The translations under genes were made by a program, and so were the position numbers. A DNA stretch of 63,237 nucleotides, counting the filler, from Bigelowiella natans CCMP2755 (taxonomy: Eukaryota > Protista > Cercozoa), in the NCBI GenBank assembly GCA_000320545.1. It is 11 parts of 11 records of this genome, joined end to end, with 100 filler letters (N's around TTAATTAATTAA, not from the genome) between each part and the next. Parts side by side here need not be neighbours in the genome. Positions count along the whole stretch, not along the records: positions 36,771 to 41,916 come from ADNK01000907.1; positions 42,017 to 44,705 come from ADNK01000418.1; positions 44,806 to 50,284 come from ADNK01001202.1; positions 50,385 to 52,358 come from ADNK01000715.1; positions 52,459 to 60,032 come from ADNK01001372.1; positions 60,133 to 61,512 come from ADNK01000762.1; 5 more parts are not named here. The stretch is one strand, 5' to 3'. Positions 39,853 through 61,141 of this stretch are shown one piece after another. Under the pieces are notes generated by a model that was given only the letters and a program-made list of their open reading frames with translations, had not been told where the DNA came from and did not search any database. Each line of letters begins with the position of its first letter. Position 1 is the first letter of the stretch.

Positions 39853-41095
39853 TCCCCCACCCCCTGGGGGGGCTTTTTGGAACAAAATTTTTTTTCCCCC
39901 CCCCCCCCCCCCTCGAATTCCCATCTCTCTCCGGCTGATTTTTGTCGTCCTTCTATCACCGTGGGACCTTTCTAGGTGCACATCTGCTGGTCCCATAAAA
40001 TCTTGGGTGCCTCCAATAGCATAGAGGTATCTGACGAGGAAGAGGAGGACGTGTATGAGACTGCAAGTAGTATGCTTCACATAACGCCAGCTGTCTTCGA
40101 TCCCAAGGACAATGTAAACGTTATTTATCAAAAAACGTGCCTGCGTTGTTGCTAGCTGCATCTATGAAGAATAGCTTGTAGGAAATATCGATATTAACTA
40201 TAACTATACACGTTATTTTGTCGACACTTCTGTTTGAAATAATAGCGCTGCAACGCTGCTACTACCCATTCGCATCAAAGCCCGCTGTGGTATACCTTTG
40301 TTTAGCAGATAGCAGCAGCAGCAGTAGCAGCAGGAACAAGCAGGCAACACAGCACAACACATCGAAACACTCATCATTAACGCTCAATTTCAGCGATCGT
40401 CATTCCAAAATCAAAAGGCGCGAAAAAGCAAAAGCGCAGTCGATGTTCTCTTCTCGTGCCGGCGAAAGGCACAGATAACACCGCGTATAGCCATCATTCG
40501 ATAGCAGCCATCCTTCCTTCAAACCACACCATCCACTTGCTGCTGAAAGGGTATAAATCACAGGAATGGCGCTCCGAAGGAGGACTACTCCGTGAAGAAT
40601 AATATAACATTTACCCTCGAGCCACATTTAGGTCAGCGATTTCCTCCCACGAGCTGCATCTGGGGTCTAGCCTGTATCACAATGAACATTTAATATATAT
40701 GATAATGAACATATCATAACATCGTAAGATCCACAAAATTAACAGCGAATGCACCATCGTCCACCATATAGATGACTCTCTTCGGTATTTGCCGTTCTTT
40801 TGTTGTTGGAGGTGTGCGCAGCTTTGTACCTCTCCCATCACCATCACCGTAATCACCACCACCACCACCACCACCACTACTACTACTACCCCCACTTCTT
40901 CTTATTTCTACTACTTCAAGTTGTTCTTTTACCGACAACACGATCGCATCCCTTCGCTGCCATTTGACGACCTTTGCACGACGGGACAATATATCACAGG
41001 GAGCAGAAGGAGAGCACCATTATTTTTACAGCAACACCGTATCACGGCACCAGCAACAATAATGATGACGACAACGACGACGACGCTGCGCTATA

Positions 41096-41130
<35 letters not shown>

Positions 41131-41299
41131 CAACGTCATCAAAACTTTGTTTGAAGGAGCAGCATTCTTGGATGTGGACTAGTTGTGAGTTGTCGTTCTG
41201 CTGCTGCTGCTGCTGCTGCTGCAGTGGCTACCCATTTCCCTCCATTGTGTACTACGTACTCGTTGCGAGAGGACACAGCAGGATATTGTGTCGTTGGTG

Positions 41300-41337
<38 letters not shown>

Positions 41338-41405
41338 CGTACCCTCCAACAACGTAAAGACATCGGTCGGATCCAAGAGCAAATCCATGGCCTGACCTGC
41401 CTTCA
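39630..41405 (-). CDS. Kelch-repeat protein, C-terminal part
   Basis: Spliced RSGHGFALGSDRCLYVVGG|SSNGSEGMRSCCR|LDPRCSSWEEIADLNVARG|YTTAGFDANG|YLYAIGG...ER|YDSRMDEW contains two Kelch repeats (GG, [YL]D[PS]xxxxW, R). Confidence 0.85.
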
Positions 41406-42347
41406 CTGAACACGATGGTGATGACGATGATAAAGGGAGGAGGAAGGGGAGGAGGAGGAGGAGGAGGAGGAGGAGGAGGAGTAGGAAGAGGCGGAATAAG
41501 TGAGTCTTTGATTCATCATTATCATCTTCATCATCATCATCATCATCATCATCATATTATTTATAGTCATTGATTCATTTAAAAGTTGTTAATTCGCTTG
41601 TGCATGCTCACACCCTGCAGTAGGTAATACACATAACGCATCCTTCCCCCCCCGCCTTCCCCTTCCCCTTGTTTGAACCTAATCTCCCTTCCATCCAAGA
41701 TCCAACTTGCATGCTGGATGTCGCTTCGGCTGCACATATGTATGTAATATACAGCAATACCGGAAGGCAAGGGATAAGACAGGTCAATATTGATGTATGT
41801 ATGTATGTGTGTGTGTGTATGTGTGTGGTAGTAAGTAGTAGTAGTAGTAGGATGATGATGATGGTGATGATGATGATGATGGTGATGATGATTGTACGAG
41901 GTCGTCGCACCTTAAANNNNNNNNNNNNNNNNNNNNNNNNNNNNNNNNNNNNNNNNNNNNTTAATTAATTAANNNNNNNNNNNNNNNNNNNNNNNNNNNN
42001 NNNNNNNNNNNNNNNNGGCATATTGGAGGTAAATATCATCTGATAGAGTGGTAACAGCTGGTGTCGTACAATAACGTGAATATTACAGTCATGCTCATAC
42101 TATGATTTATGGTCAGGTTCATTCTTCGTTGTCAACTCCGTTTCGGTGTGAAAAATTGTAGTAGTACGCAAATACACTGAATATTTCGTTGACTTCCACA
42201 TTATTAGGTTATACAGCTGTGGATTTCCCGTTGCATCTCTATGTACGTAGAAATTAATAGCTAAAATACAAAACAAAATTTCGTTCATTCAGCATTTCAG
42301 TATTTCTTTCATTCACGAAACGAACTAATAGTAGTGTTGTCCGGTAG

Positions 42348-42557
42348 GTTCGATCTGCAGTGGCTTTCCCTCGATGATACTATCTGTAAATATGTGTCCC
42401 TTTTTATGTTTATACACACACACACACACACACACGCACACACACACACACGCACACACGCGCGCACCCCCACACTCCCCACTCGTACAGGGGGAGGAGG
42501 AGTAGTTCTCTCCGAAATTTTGTCTTCGTTGCTGTGTTGACTCTTATACAATATCAC

Positions 42558-42606
<49 letters not shown>

Positions 42607-44249
42607 TACATATTTTGATATATCATGGCTAGTGGTGGCTTCCTGCTGCGTGGGTACACCTGATTTGCCATTCGCATGCAACTTTCGAATCGTAGTACTA
42701 GAATGCTTCATTGCATTGTCATCAAGAAAGATGCGGTGGATGCTGGCGTGTGAGTATTCGTTGATTTACTCAGGAAATCAGTTTCAAACTGGGGACTTCT
42801 CGAGGCATAGTACTCTCCTGGGTCGTTTTGAACACTCTTGCTTTTTTCCCATCACCCACTCCTGATCTATGATGTTCTCCCACTCTCTCTCTCTCTCCCT
42901 CTCTCTCTCTCTTTCTCTCCCTCTGCCTTCTTGAAAGCAAGTAGAGAGTTGCATAGAATTCTGTCATAATATGGATGGGTTAGAGGCCACACAGAAGGAA
43001 TAATCCCATATTCTGTATTTTTTGAAAGAATAATTGCAAGAAGCACCCATGTCTTCGCTACGATAGATACTTCCACGCAGTAGACTCATTTCTTCTCTTC
43101 TCACACGCATGATCCCAGACGCGAATTTCGCAGCTATGGAGGCCAATCTGGTACGGAACGATGCCTCGGCTAACGAATAATGGGAGATGATGATGATGAT
43201 GATGATGATGACACCGAGAAGAACAACAAAGAAAATTAGTTGGCAAATCTAACGACACGCCCAATAGGATAATGAGAATGATGCATAATTATTCCATCAA
43301 GTAGCAGTTGTAGGTGTTGTTGCTCACGTTGGTTGGGATGATGATGATGATGACGATGATGATGACGACGATGACGATCGGTCAGGTTCATTATACAGTA
43401 TGGAATTACACTCCAGACAACTGCAATAAGTACGGGGATCAATGGAACTTTGAAGACCTCTCGGTGAGTAGCAGTAGTAGTAGTAGTAGTAGTAGTAGTT
43501 GTAGTAGTAATAATAATAGTGTGTGCTCTCATTCTCGTTGCGCTGCATAGAGCAGATGGTGACGATGACGATGATGATGATGATGATGATGACGATGACA
43601 TATTACAATTATGGTGTTTGATCCTCGATTTCACAGCAACTCGTTTTTGGACATTAAATTGATTGGTGAATCCTGCTTTCAAGCGTTTTCCACGTGTTTT
43701 TTCGATCTATTCTGGTCTTTTAGTGTATTGGAGAGTATGGCAAGTTGTTGTTCTTGTTGTTGTTCCAGAGATACGCTTGCTGGTTATGCTGCTGCTACTA
43801 CTTTTGGGAGTCATCGTGATATATTGTATACGTGTTCCATCTTCTTTTCCTTTTCTTCTTTCTCTCCTCAAAAAACAATTCAGATCTACAGCAAAGATCA
43901 AAGCAGGAAGGAGGACGAAAAAGAGGTGATTAGGGCATACGTCACAATGACGATTACGATTATATACAGAGCAAATGATGCGGGTTTGGGGTGTAAGATT
44001 ATTGTGGTGGAGAGTTTGATGAATCAATTGATTCCGTGCCTTGGGTAGATCAATAGCGGATATGCTTGATTCTCCATATTGGCCATTCGTTTCTCCTTAC
44101 ATCGGCATTGAAGATTGATATGCATAGACGTGTAGGTAATAATCTTCTTGCTGTTTTTCAACGATTATTTAGCCTCCGTCACCAGAATGCAAAGAGGAGG
44201 TGCTAGGTCCTCTCAGGAAGAGATTCTTACTAACAAATCAGGTAGGCGT

Positions 44250-44293
<44 letters not shown>

Positions 44294-44602
44294 TTGTGTG
44301 TATGTATGAAGTAAGTTTAGGTTTTAAAGGCTTTCAAACTCCTGCGCATGTGTAAGATATTGCACTAATGTCGTGTCACCATTGTTCAGCTGACATGCAC
44401 ACTCACTCATGTGCACATACGTGAAAATGAGCTCTCTTGGGATGTTTGCATGCAACATCTGGGGGGATTGTTCCACATCAGTCGATGACACAGGCAGCAA
44501 CACAGAACACCCCGAGACGGCTGTCGAGCTATCATACACACCACCTATTTGCTTGCTCAGAAGCGACTCTTTAGGATTGGAGATGTGGGTCCCTCCAGCA
44601 AG
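42348..44602 (+). CDS. GH5 endoglycoceramidase-related glycoside hydrolase, internal/C-terminal fragment
   Basis: TGDFSRHSTLL|DANFAAMEANL|VHYTVWNYTPDNCNKYGDQWNFEDLS|IYSKDQ...|INSG matches the EGCase/EGCrP motif WNY..DN....GD.WN.EDLS. Both ends of the contig are poorly resolved. Confidence 0.75.
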
Positions 44603-45032
44603 GTGACAGTCTCAACAAGTCAGCTTTGCTCATCGCAACACAAAGTTCTCCCGGCTAGCAGTTCCTCTATTTCGATTCCATCTACCTCAGATTTGCACAT
44701 TCGTANNNNNNNNNNNNNNNNNNNNNNNNNNNNNNNNNNNNNNNNNNNNTTAATTAATTAANNNNNNNNNNNNNNNNNNNNNNNNNNNNNNNNNNNNNNN
44801 NNNNNTCCATGCGGTTTTTGCTCTAAAAAAAAGATCCTCCAGCAACGTGGCAAAAAAGCCAATTTCGCATTGTTGCGAAAGCGGATTTGACAGAGCCAAG
44901 AACTTCCTACAAAAATTGACCAAATATGGCACGTTTTAGCGACAGCAATACGAATATTATAGCTTCATATTTCGTAATATTATTTTCCAAAAAAAGAAGA
45001 TACAGTAACAATAACAACAATCGAGTAGCCGA

Positions 45033-50246
<5,214 letters not shown>

Positions 50247-50454
50247 GTAATGGAAGCGATAATTGGGTGAATGAATTGTAGTAGNNNNNNNNNNNNNNNN
50301 NNNNNNNNNNNNNNNNNNNNNNNNNNNNTTAATTAATTAANNNNNNNNNNNNNNNNNNNNNNNNNNNNNNNNNNNNNNNNNNNNAGCAGCAGCAGTAGTA
50401 GTAGGAGTAGCAATTTTAACAAAATATTATAATAAATATATGAAGTACACACAC

Positions 50455-50525
<71 letters not shown>

Positions 50526-50557
50526 TGCTCCCAATGTGATTTGTTCTCCCAAACCAG

Positions 50558-51768
50558 ATATCACACCCCCAGCTGAGTAAATCTTTGGAGAAATGGCAGC
50601 GACTGCGGAAGAAAATAGAGACCAAGGCCCTCGACAGGCTAAAGTCATAATAACAAGATTAATAATAATAATAACAACAATAATAATAATAATAATAATG
50701 ATAATAATACCGTTACGCAGTGGATGATGATGATGAGGAGAAGGAGGAGGGGGGGGGGGGGGGGGGGGTAAGGAAGCAATTCACCACAGCATCACCAGAA
50801 GTGCTGTAGCATATCAGCTCTGCGGCACGGCGATGTTGATTCTTGCAGGGCAAATAGCATCCAACAACCTTGATTGCCCTTGAGCGAGTGGTATAATATC
50901 GGATATTCGTTCCGAATACACGACACCTACATCTTGCATTCCCCCACCCCTCCCCTTCCTCACCCGCCTCTTCCTCCTCCCCCTCCTTCTCCTCCTCCTC
51001 CTCCTCCTCCTCCTCTTCCAGATATGAGAAGAGACTCGCAGACCCCAAGATCCAGAGCACATACGGCGGCGACCCAGTGGCCTTCGCCATGCACGAGTAA
51101 GCTAAATCGCATATTAAGTGATAACAAACAACGATAACATTATCATCATCATCAACGGCAGCAGCAACAACAGCACAGCACACAGAAACAGATCCGAGTA
51201 GAATTAAACTACACACACGCATGCGAGCAATTCCGACGCACGCTTCCATGTACTCAATTCGTCCCCCCCCCCCCCCGCCTGTGCAGCTAGGGGCAAGCAG
51301 CAATCATAGTAACACGACAGCCCGAATAGAATAGAGAACACTAACACAACCTCACTTACCAAAATCCCTCCTCCTCCTCCTTCTTCCTCCTCCGCTTCTT
51401 CTCAGGTATTTGTTCTATAAGTGCCACAAGTGCAAGCAGCCCTACTTCGCGGGGAACTACGCCTGTCAGGCCGCAGACGATGGCAAGTTTGATCCAGCCG
51501 AGGTTCTTTTCCGAGAATGCGACTCTCTCCTCACAACGGGGGGGGGGATGGGGGGGGTTATGCTATTGCTCCCTCCTTCATTTCTTAGCGCATTTTTGAT
51601 TTTGTGCTGTCTTCTTATCGTCGTGGTCGTGGTCGTTGTTTTCTCTTCCACGAGCTGATTTGTCCTTTTCATCCTTGCGGCTACTCGAATGCTGCAGCTG
51701 ATCTGCGCGGGGTGCCAGCCTTCGCAGGACGTGAGCTCCTGTGACAAGCACGGGTATTGCACGTTCTC

Positions 51769-51802
<34 letters not shown>

Positions 51803-51972
51803 CAGTAGTAGTAGTACTAGCATCATTGTTATATGAATATGTCTCACGTAATACCTGTGCGTGTGGTCCGAATGATAATTCTTAGGAAGGAATGGATTAC
51901 GTTCAAATGTAGGTTCTGCTGCAATACAGCGCAATGGTAACTACCCTGAGATATACAAAGAGAATACGATAG

Positions 51973-52013
<41 letters not shown>

Positions 52014-52165
52014 TATACACTCACATACATATAAATTGATATGTCTGTGACGCCTTCCCCCCCCCTCCCCCCCCCCCCCGCCTTTTTTATCTTCTTCTCC
52101 CCCTTCTTCTTTAAAGGGACTGCTGGAACAACCCGCATTTTTGCGGGAAATGCCACAAGCCCACG
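50558..52165 (+). CDS. MYCBP2/Highwire/RPM-1-type RING-Cys-relay E3 ligase, tandem-cysteine domain fragment
   Basis: KALDRLK|YE...DPVAFAMHE|YLFYKCHKCKQPYFAGNYAC...FDPAE|LICAGC...CDKHG|KEWITFKCRFCCNTAQW|DCWNNPHFCGKCH aligns to the MYCBP2 C-terminus (YVCYKCRKAYFGGEARC...DPRELICGAC...CPKHG...[21 protein letters not shown]). Confidence 0.88.
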
Positions 52166-52678
52166 GTCTTGCCAACCCTTGTAACCACCTCTATGTTCTG
52201 TTAGGATGATGATTTGGGTTTAAGGCAACTCCAAACCCCGAGGGAGTTTTTTACACGAAAAAGGGGGGGAAAAAGGGGGGGGGGGGGGGAGAATCATTTC
52301 CCCCGAGTTTATCAACATAAAAATAAAATAAACAATGATAAAAATAATCCCAAACGATNNNNNNNNNNNNNNNNNNNNNNNNNNNNNNNNNNNNNNNNNN
52401 NNTTAATTAATTAANNNNNNNNNNNNNNNNNNNNNNNNNNNNNNNNNNNNNNNNNNNNATGTGCTTGGAGCACGGGTTTTCCAGCCGCATTCTCATTGTT
52501 GTTTGTGTTGTCTAAGCATCCTCAAGTCTGCTACGTATATATCCGTATGAAAATATGTGCCTAGATGTTTGCCTCCGATTTGTTCGAAAGTGGGGATATT
52601 TGAACCGAAAAAGTCATAAAATGGCCAGCGTTTCAGCGAGGTCCAAAGCGCAGTAAATTGGCAACGCACGCCCCAACA

Positions 52679-55406
52679 ATGGAGAGCATTGAGCATGGCT
52701 TCATCGACAGGATCGTACTTCCCTCTGACATTCAATGGAAGGATCCCTCGCAGATTAAGGAGCAGATTGCTAGGAGAAGCGCTCCCTGTAATAATTTAAC
52801 AGATCTCATCGAAGGGCCTTACGAGGCGGAGATGGTCGCATACAACGCCACTAGCAATAAGAGCGCAAGTAACTCTTCGGAAAGTTCATCCTCCTCATGC
52901 ACCGACGGAGATGATGTGTGGAGTGATTGCTCCTCGGAGGCTACGACTTTACACAGCAAACATGGGAATGTGCTGATAACCAAAATCAACAACAGCATCC
53001 CGAACGACCCAACAGTTGACTTCCTCGTCGAGACCGCACGGCTCGAGAAGGGAACGGTGGAGCAATATATCCAATCGATCCCAATGTTCACGGTCGACCA
53101 TGCACAGATTCTCCGCGATAATAGAGGACAGTTGCCCGCATCTCACGCCGAGCAAATTGCAAAGCACTTTCGTGTCTTCCGGAAGCGTGTGATGTATAAA
53201 ATGATAAAGCAGCGGCTTTACCAGGAGCTGACAAAAAAATGTATCCACGACTTCTTCGAGAGCAAGCCTCCATACGTTTTATTCCGGGTTATCCAAAGCG
53301 TTGTCGATGCTGTCAGCCGGGCCTGTGAGTCTGTGAAGATATCGAAGCCGCGCCATAAATCAGATGCATTGGGCGATCAGGAGAGAGTGCGCGATCTAGA
53401 AGAAGGCGCGACTCGGCTCGTGCTGAGAGGGGGGAACTGTTTCAAGCTCATAAAGCGGAAAGTCCTAAAAGCTTTCCCGGAAATTAGTGCGCTTAAGGCC
53501 ACATCCGATGACACAGGAAAAGAAGAAAGTAAAGGCAAACCCGAACGACTCAGCGACCTTGATTTCATTCTCTACCTGTCCAAAGACCAGCCCGAAGACG
53601 CTGCTCGCTGGGGGGCGAAGAAATTCGCAGAGGTGCATCGCGTACTTAGGTTTTGTCTTCAGGAAGAATTCAATTCATTGATCGAAAAAATCAGATCATT
53701 CGAAAGCGTCAACCCTAGTAGTGAAATAAAAGCTACTCCTGAAGATGAAAAAGAAACAGCAGAGAAACGTAATGCTAAGATCCTGTCTCGGTCTCTGAAA
53801 GAACTGGAAGCGAGGCTGCGGGATGGGCTAAAGGAGGAGGGGATCCGCCCGGACGACAAACGCTTCGAGGACGCGTTGAAGCTGCTGTCCGCCAGTCAGG
53901 AAATCAGGTACGTTCGGCCGTGCGAGCGCGTCGGCGAGCGCCATTGTCCGTTCGGGGCTGGGAGGTACTGCGTGCGCAAGCCGCTTGGGAAGATGCGTGG
54001 TCATTTGTACAGGTCGCACAGTGAGATGATCGAGTACTGCAACTTTCTGTCAAAGAGCCGGTTGAAAATGCGCTCCAGGTTGACGAGCGCGCTGTCCGAC
54101 CCCACGACGCAGCAGCAGCTGCTCTACGGCCGACCGCTCTTCATAATTATTGACTATTGCCTTGGTAAGAGCGACTGGAGTCGCTTCTCGCTGCTGCGGG
54201 TTATGACCGCCTTCAAAGTTGGTTTCGGATCGGGCGACAAGGGCAAGGAGCTCAGTTCCAAGGCCGAGCTCATCGACATCGGCATCCCCCACTGGAATGA
54301 TAAGGACAGGAAGGAGATGTTTCCTCCTGCTTCGGCAAAAACTGCTACCACCATAGCTACTTCTACAACAACAACAACTACTACTACTACTACTACTACT
54401 ACTGCCAATAGTCGTAGCAGGATGAAATCGAAGAAGAGGAGGCCAACTCTGCACAGGACCGCTCGCTTTAGATTCGCTGTGCCGCTGCCATCCGGAGGCG
54501 AGAAGAAGGAAGAAGTAAGAGTGAATGTCGAGAGCCTTGACTCCCTGATCAAGACGCAGGCGTTGCTTACACTCGGGTTTCGCCTGCATTCGTTTGAGAT
54601 ATGGAAGGTGCCCAAGGTCCAGAAGCGCATGCAGAGGCTCATCGAGCTGCTGGGAATCAAGGCCATGACCTTGGAGGGCTACACGTGGGCGAAGAAGAGC
54701 AAGGCCTTCGAGACGCTCACGGAGCACATTCGGAGCTTCATACAGAAGGAGTTCTCGTCGTCGTCATCCTCGTTGTCGCGCGGTGCGTTTCCAACCGATT
54801 GCAAATTGCCAAGCACAACCGACAATATTAACCACACTCCACACACTCCAGATTGGCACACTGTAGTATTATGATTCACTGTGGTCTATTGATCTAATCC
54901 CATGTATCCCTCCCCGCCCCCCCCCAAAGATGATAACCCCCCTGTCTTTAGGTGGCCTTATCCCCAAGCCTTCCCTCTCTCGCTGTAGAAGCAGTAACAG
55001 TTCCACCGCCTCCCCCCCTCCCCTTACTTCTCACTTCTCCAACTGTCAAAGCACAAGATCCACTATCGCGGAATTCTTCCCACCAGATATAGAGCTCGCC
55101 GACTCTATCCCGCCCAACAATAAGACGGAGACAGCGGTGACGGAGCGGATATGGAAGGAGGTGGGGGTAACCGAATATATAATAGAGAATCTGGGAGTTC
55201 TGAAGATCCGCGCGTCTGGGGAGAGGACCTTAAATCATAGATTCAGGGGGAAATGGAAAAGTATCCTGATATCGCTCTCCGCGAAGTGCGATCGGTTTGC
55301 CAAAGATTTTCGCGATCTCGCAAGTATCGATGGCCCGCTGAGGAGGCGGCTGGTTGAGAAGGAGTTATATGACATGGAATTCGGGATGAAGTGGGACTTG
55401 GCCTGA
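52679..55406 (+). CDS. Pol-beta-superfamily nucleotidyltransferase-like protein, 852 aa, two exons (52679-54782, 54952-55406)
   Basis: Long open frame. Motifs LVLRGGN (RGG at 53426-53434), SDLDF (53552-53566) and ELIDIGIP (Asp at 54275) fit the hG[GS]...DhD...h[DE]h triad. A phase-1 GT-AG intron at 54783-54951 joins the downstream ORF in frame. Confidence 0.75.
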
Positions 55407-56166
55407 TGATTTAGACAAGCGCCCAATCAAGGCGCGAATGAATGGGCGGTCGGGAAAGCAGAAATATCATTATGAAAAAATGTTAATTCGGAGCTGAGTT
55501 ATGGACAGCGTAGCTAGGTGACGTCGATGTCCGACGATGCGTCTAATGCAAGCAGCCGCCTCTGCGTGTACTGCATGTGCTATCTAGCTAGCTAGGCTGT
55601 GTAGATTTTGGCTCACGTACACGACACGACGCACAGATTCAACATTAGCACTGTAGCCGCTGCACTGCACAGCTACAGAGGATGGCCGTTTACCAAATTT
55701 GAGTTGTGATTCATTGCACCCGTCTTACGATGCATAGTCGAAAGCGCAGGTGTACATGTGCAAGCTACCTGGTCCTATGCTACTGCTGTACGTCGTTAGC
55801 ATGTACACAACACCTACACACACATATAAAAGCTTTGCACACTGCTTTATTTTCATTGTAACTTCTACGCCTAGGCACGGATGTGCCTATGAAATTGCCA
55901 CGAGAGCTATGCGTAAGCCGTGACTAGCACAAAAACAGTTGTAATGTTTAACAGAAGATGATGCTTACACTTTGACCACTTTCTTTGTTACCAACATCTG
56001 CACACCCCTGCAGTGAGGCAGTGGCGTGTGAGGATTCATTCATGCTACGGTGCGCTCTAATGCCGTGAAGCGGAATTATGGTTCCATACACATGTAGTAT
56101 GGCCCGCGACAAACCACGCACACACTGCACGCTCAACCCTCGTCGGAAGGATGAATCGATCTCTTC
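55407..56166. terminator. convergent 3' region rich in short palindromes (NTase / EamA)
   Basis: CTAGCTAGCTAG at 55584-55595 plus TGCA, CATG and GTAC words. Confidence 0.35.
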
Positions 56167-59548
<3,382 letters not shown>

Positions 59549-59874
59549 CTACGGCGATTAAAGGAGGAGAATAGGGAGAGGGGGGGCGGAGAGGAAGGGG
59601 GGGAAATTGTGAGTGACTGTGATTTTTTTCAAACGTCTAGTTGCAATGGTGCGAGCGTTCCAATATCATCGTCATCATTATCGTCATTATCATCATCATT
59701 ATCGTCATTATCATCATCAATATCATCATCATCATCCTCATCACTATCATCCTCATTCTTGCACCCCCACTAGTAACACAGCCCCCCCCCCACTGCCGTC
59801 ACCTTTTCCCAAAGAGCAAGAACTGGAAGAGGGCAGAAAATACCACAATCGTCGTGTATACCTATGGTGCAGAC

Positions 59875-59918
<44 letters not shown>

Positions 59919-60302
59919 GTCGTTAGCGCATTGCCTATATATTTCGAGATTCTGCGTCGATCTCTCCCTGAAACGTTTGCTGCTGCTGCTGCCATCTTTA
60001 CCACTGTTGTTATTCCTGAGCCAGCTTTTAACNNNNNNNNNNNNNNNNNNNNNNNNNNNNNNNNNNNNNNNNNNNNTTAATTAATTAANNNNNNNNNNNN
60101 NNNNNNNNNNNNNNNNNNNNNNNNNNNNNNNNCACACACACATACCATGTTTATAAAATGAAATATGCGTTTGTGCGCGTGTGTGCGTGTGTGTGTGAAC
60201 ATAGTAAGCTATCGGTCCTTCGATGTTCCAGATCGCCAAAAAAAACTAACTCCGAAAGGCTGTCGTCACGGCAGCGCACATCTGCAACCGCTACAGCCGT
60301 AC

Positions 60303-60497
60303 CTTTGACGTATGGGTCAGACTTGCCATTTGGGTCCTTCGCAGCTAGGTTGGTTCCCTTAATTATTCTTACCTGCTCGGCATGGAAGGGATTTGATTTG
60401 ATTGGATCATCGCCATCTCATTCGTTGGGTGTGTGGAGAGACGTGTGTTGTTGATGACGCTACCAGACCCATGGGAGGGAACAGCTCCTCTCACGAC

Positions 60498-60528
<31 letters not shown>

Positions 60529-61098
60529 CGACGACGACGACGACGACGACGACTACTTCTTCTTCTTCGTCATTCTACCACTTATCATTACTACTGGCCC
60601 ACCTTAAAGGATTTCGGATCCTTATGATGCAGCTTTAAATAGGAGGGGCGACTCTTCATCCTACGTTATTGCCAAGAGATATCATCATCATCATCATCAT
60701 CATCATCCTCTTCATTATCACCACCATCATCGTCGTCGTCACAAGAGCATTTTGGCTGGTCTGTTGGCGGTTGTTGCGTGTGGCAAACAAACGACGAACA
60801 AACAACCGTGGAGGGAGATATACAAACCTTAGCTTGGTTGGCGGAGCTATGAGAGGCACAGGGAATTCGGCAAATTTGAGGCGAATTCGAGCGACTGGGT
60901 TAGTCTAAAAACGCGTAGTTTGTGGATGTGTGTGTGTTATGTAACACACATACGCATATGCAAACATCGTTTTTGTTTTGTTTTGTTTATGCTGAAGTGG
61001 CTCTTCTAGGGTTCTGTCTTTAATCAAGTATTGCGTGTACGCTTTCTCGCAGAGTCTTTGTCCTCCCCACCCCCCTTTCTCTGTGAGTGTGTTTGTGT

Positions 61099-61141
<43 letters not shown>

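Noticed and set aside
54050-54727. Long antisense ORFs (225 and 170 aa) overlapping the NTase
   Set aside because: Expected shadow ORFs of a GC3-rich coding exon; no motifs.
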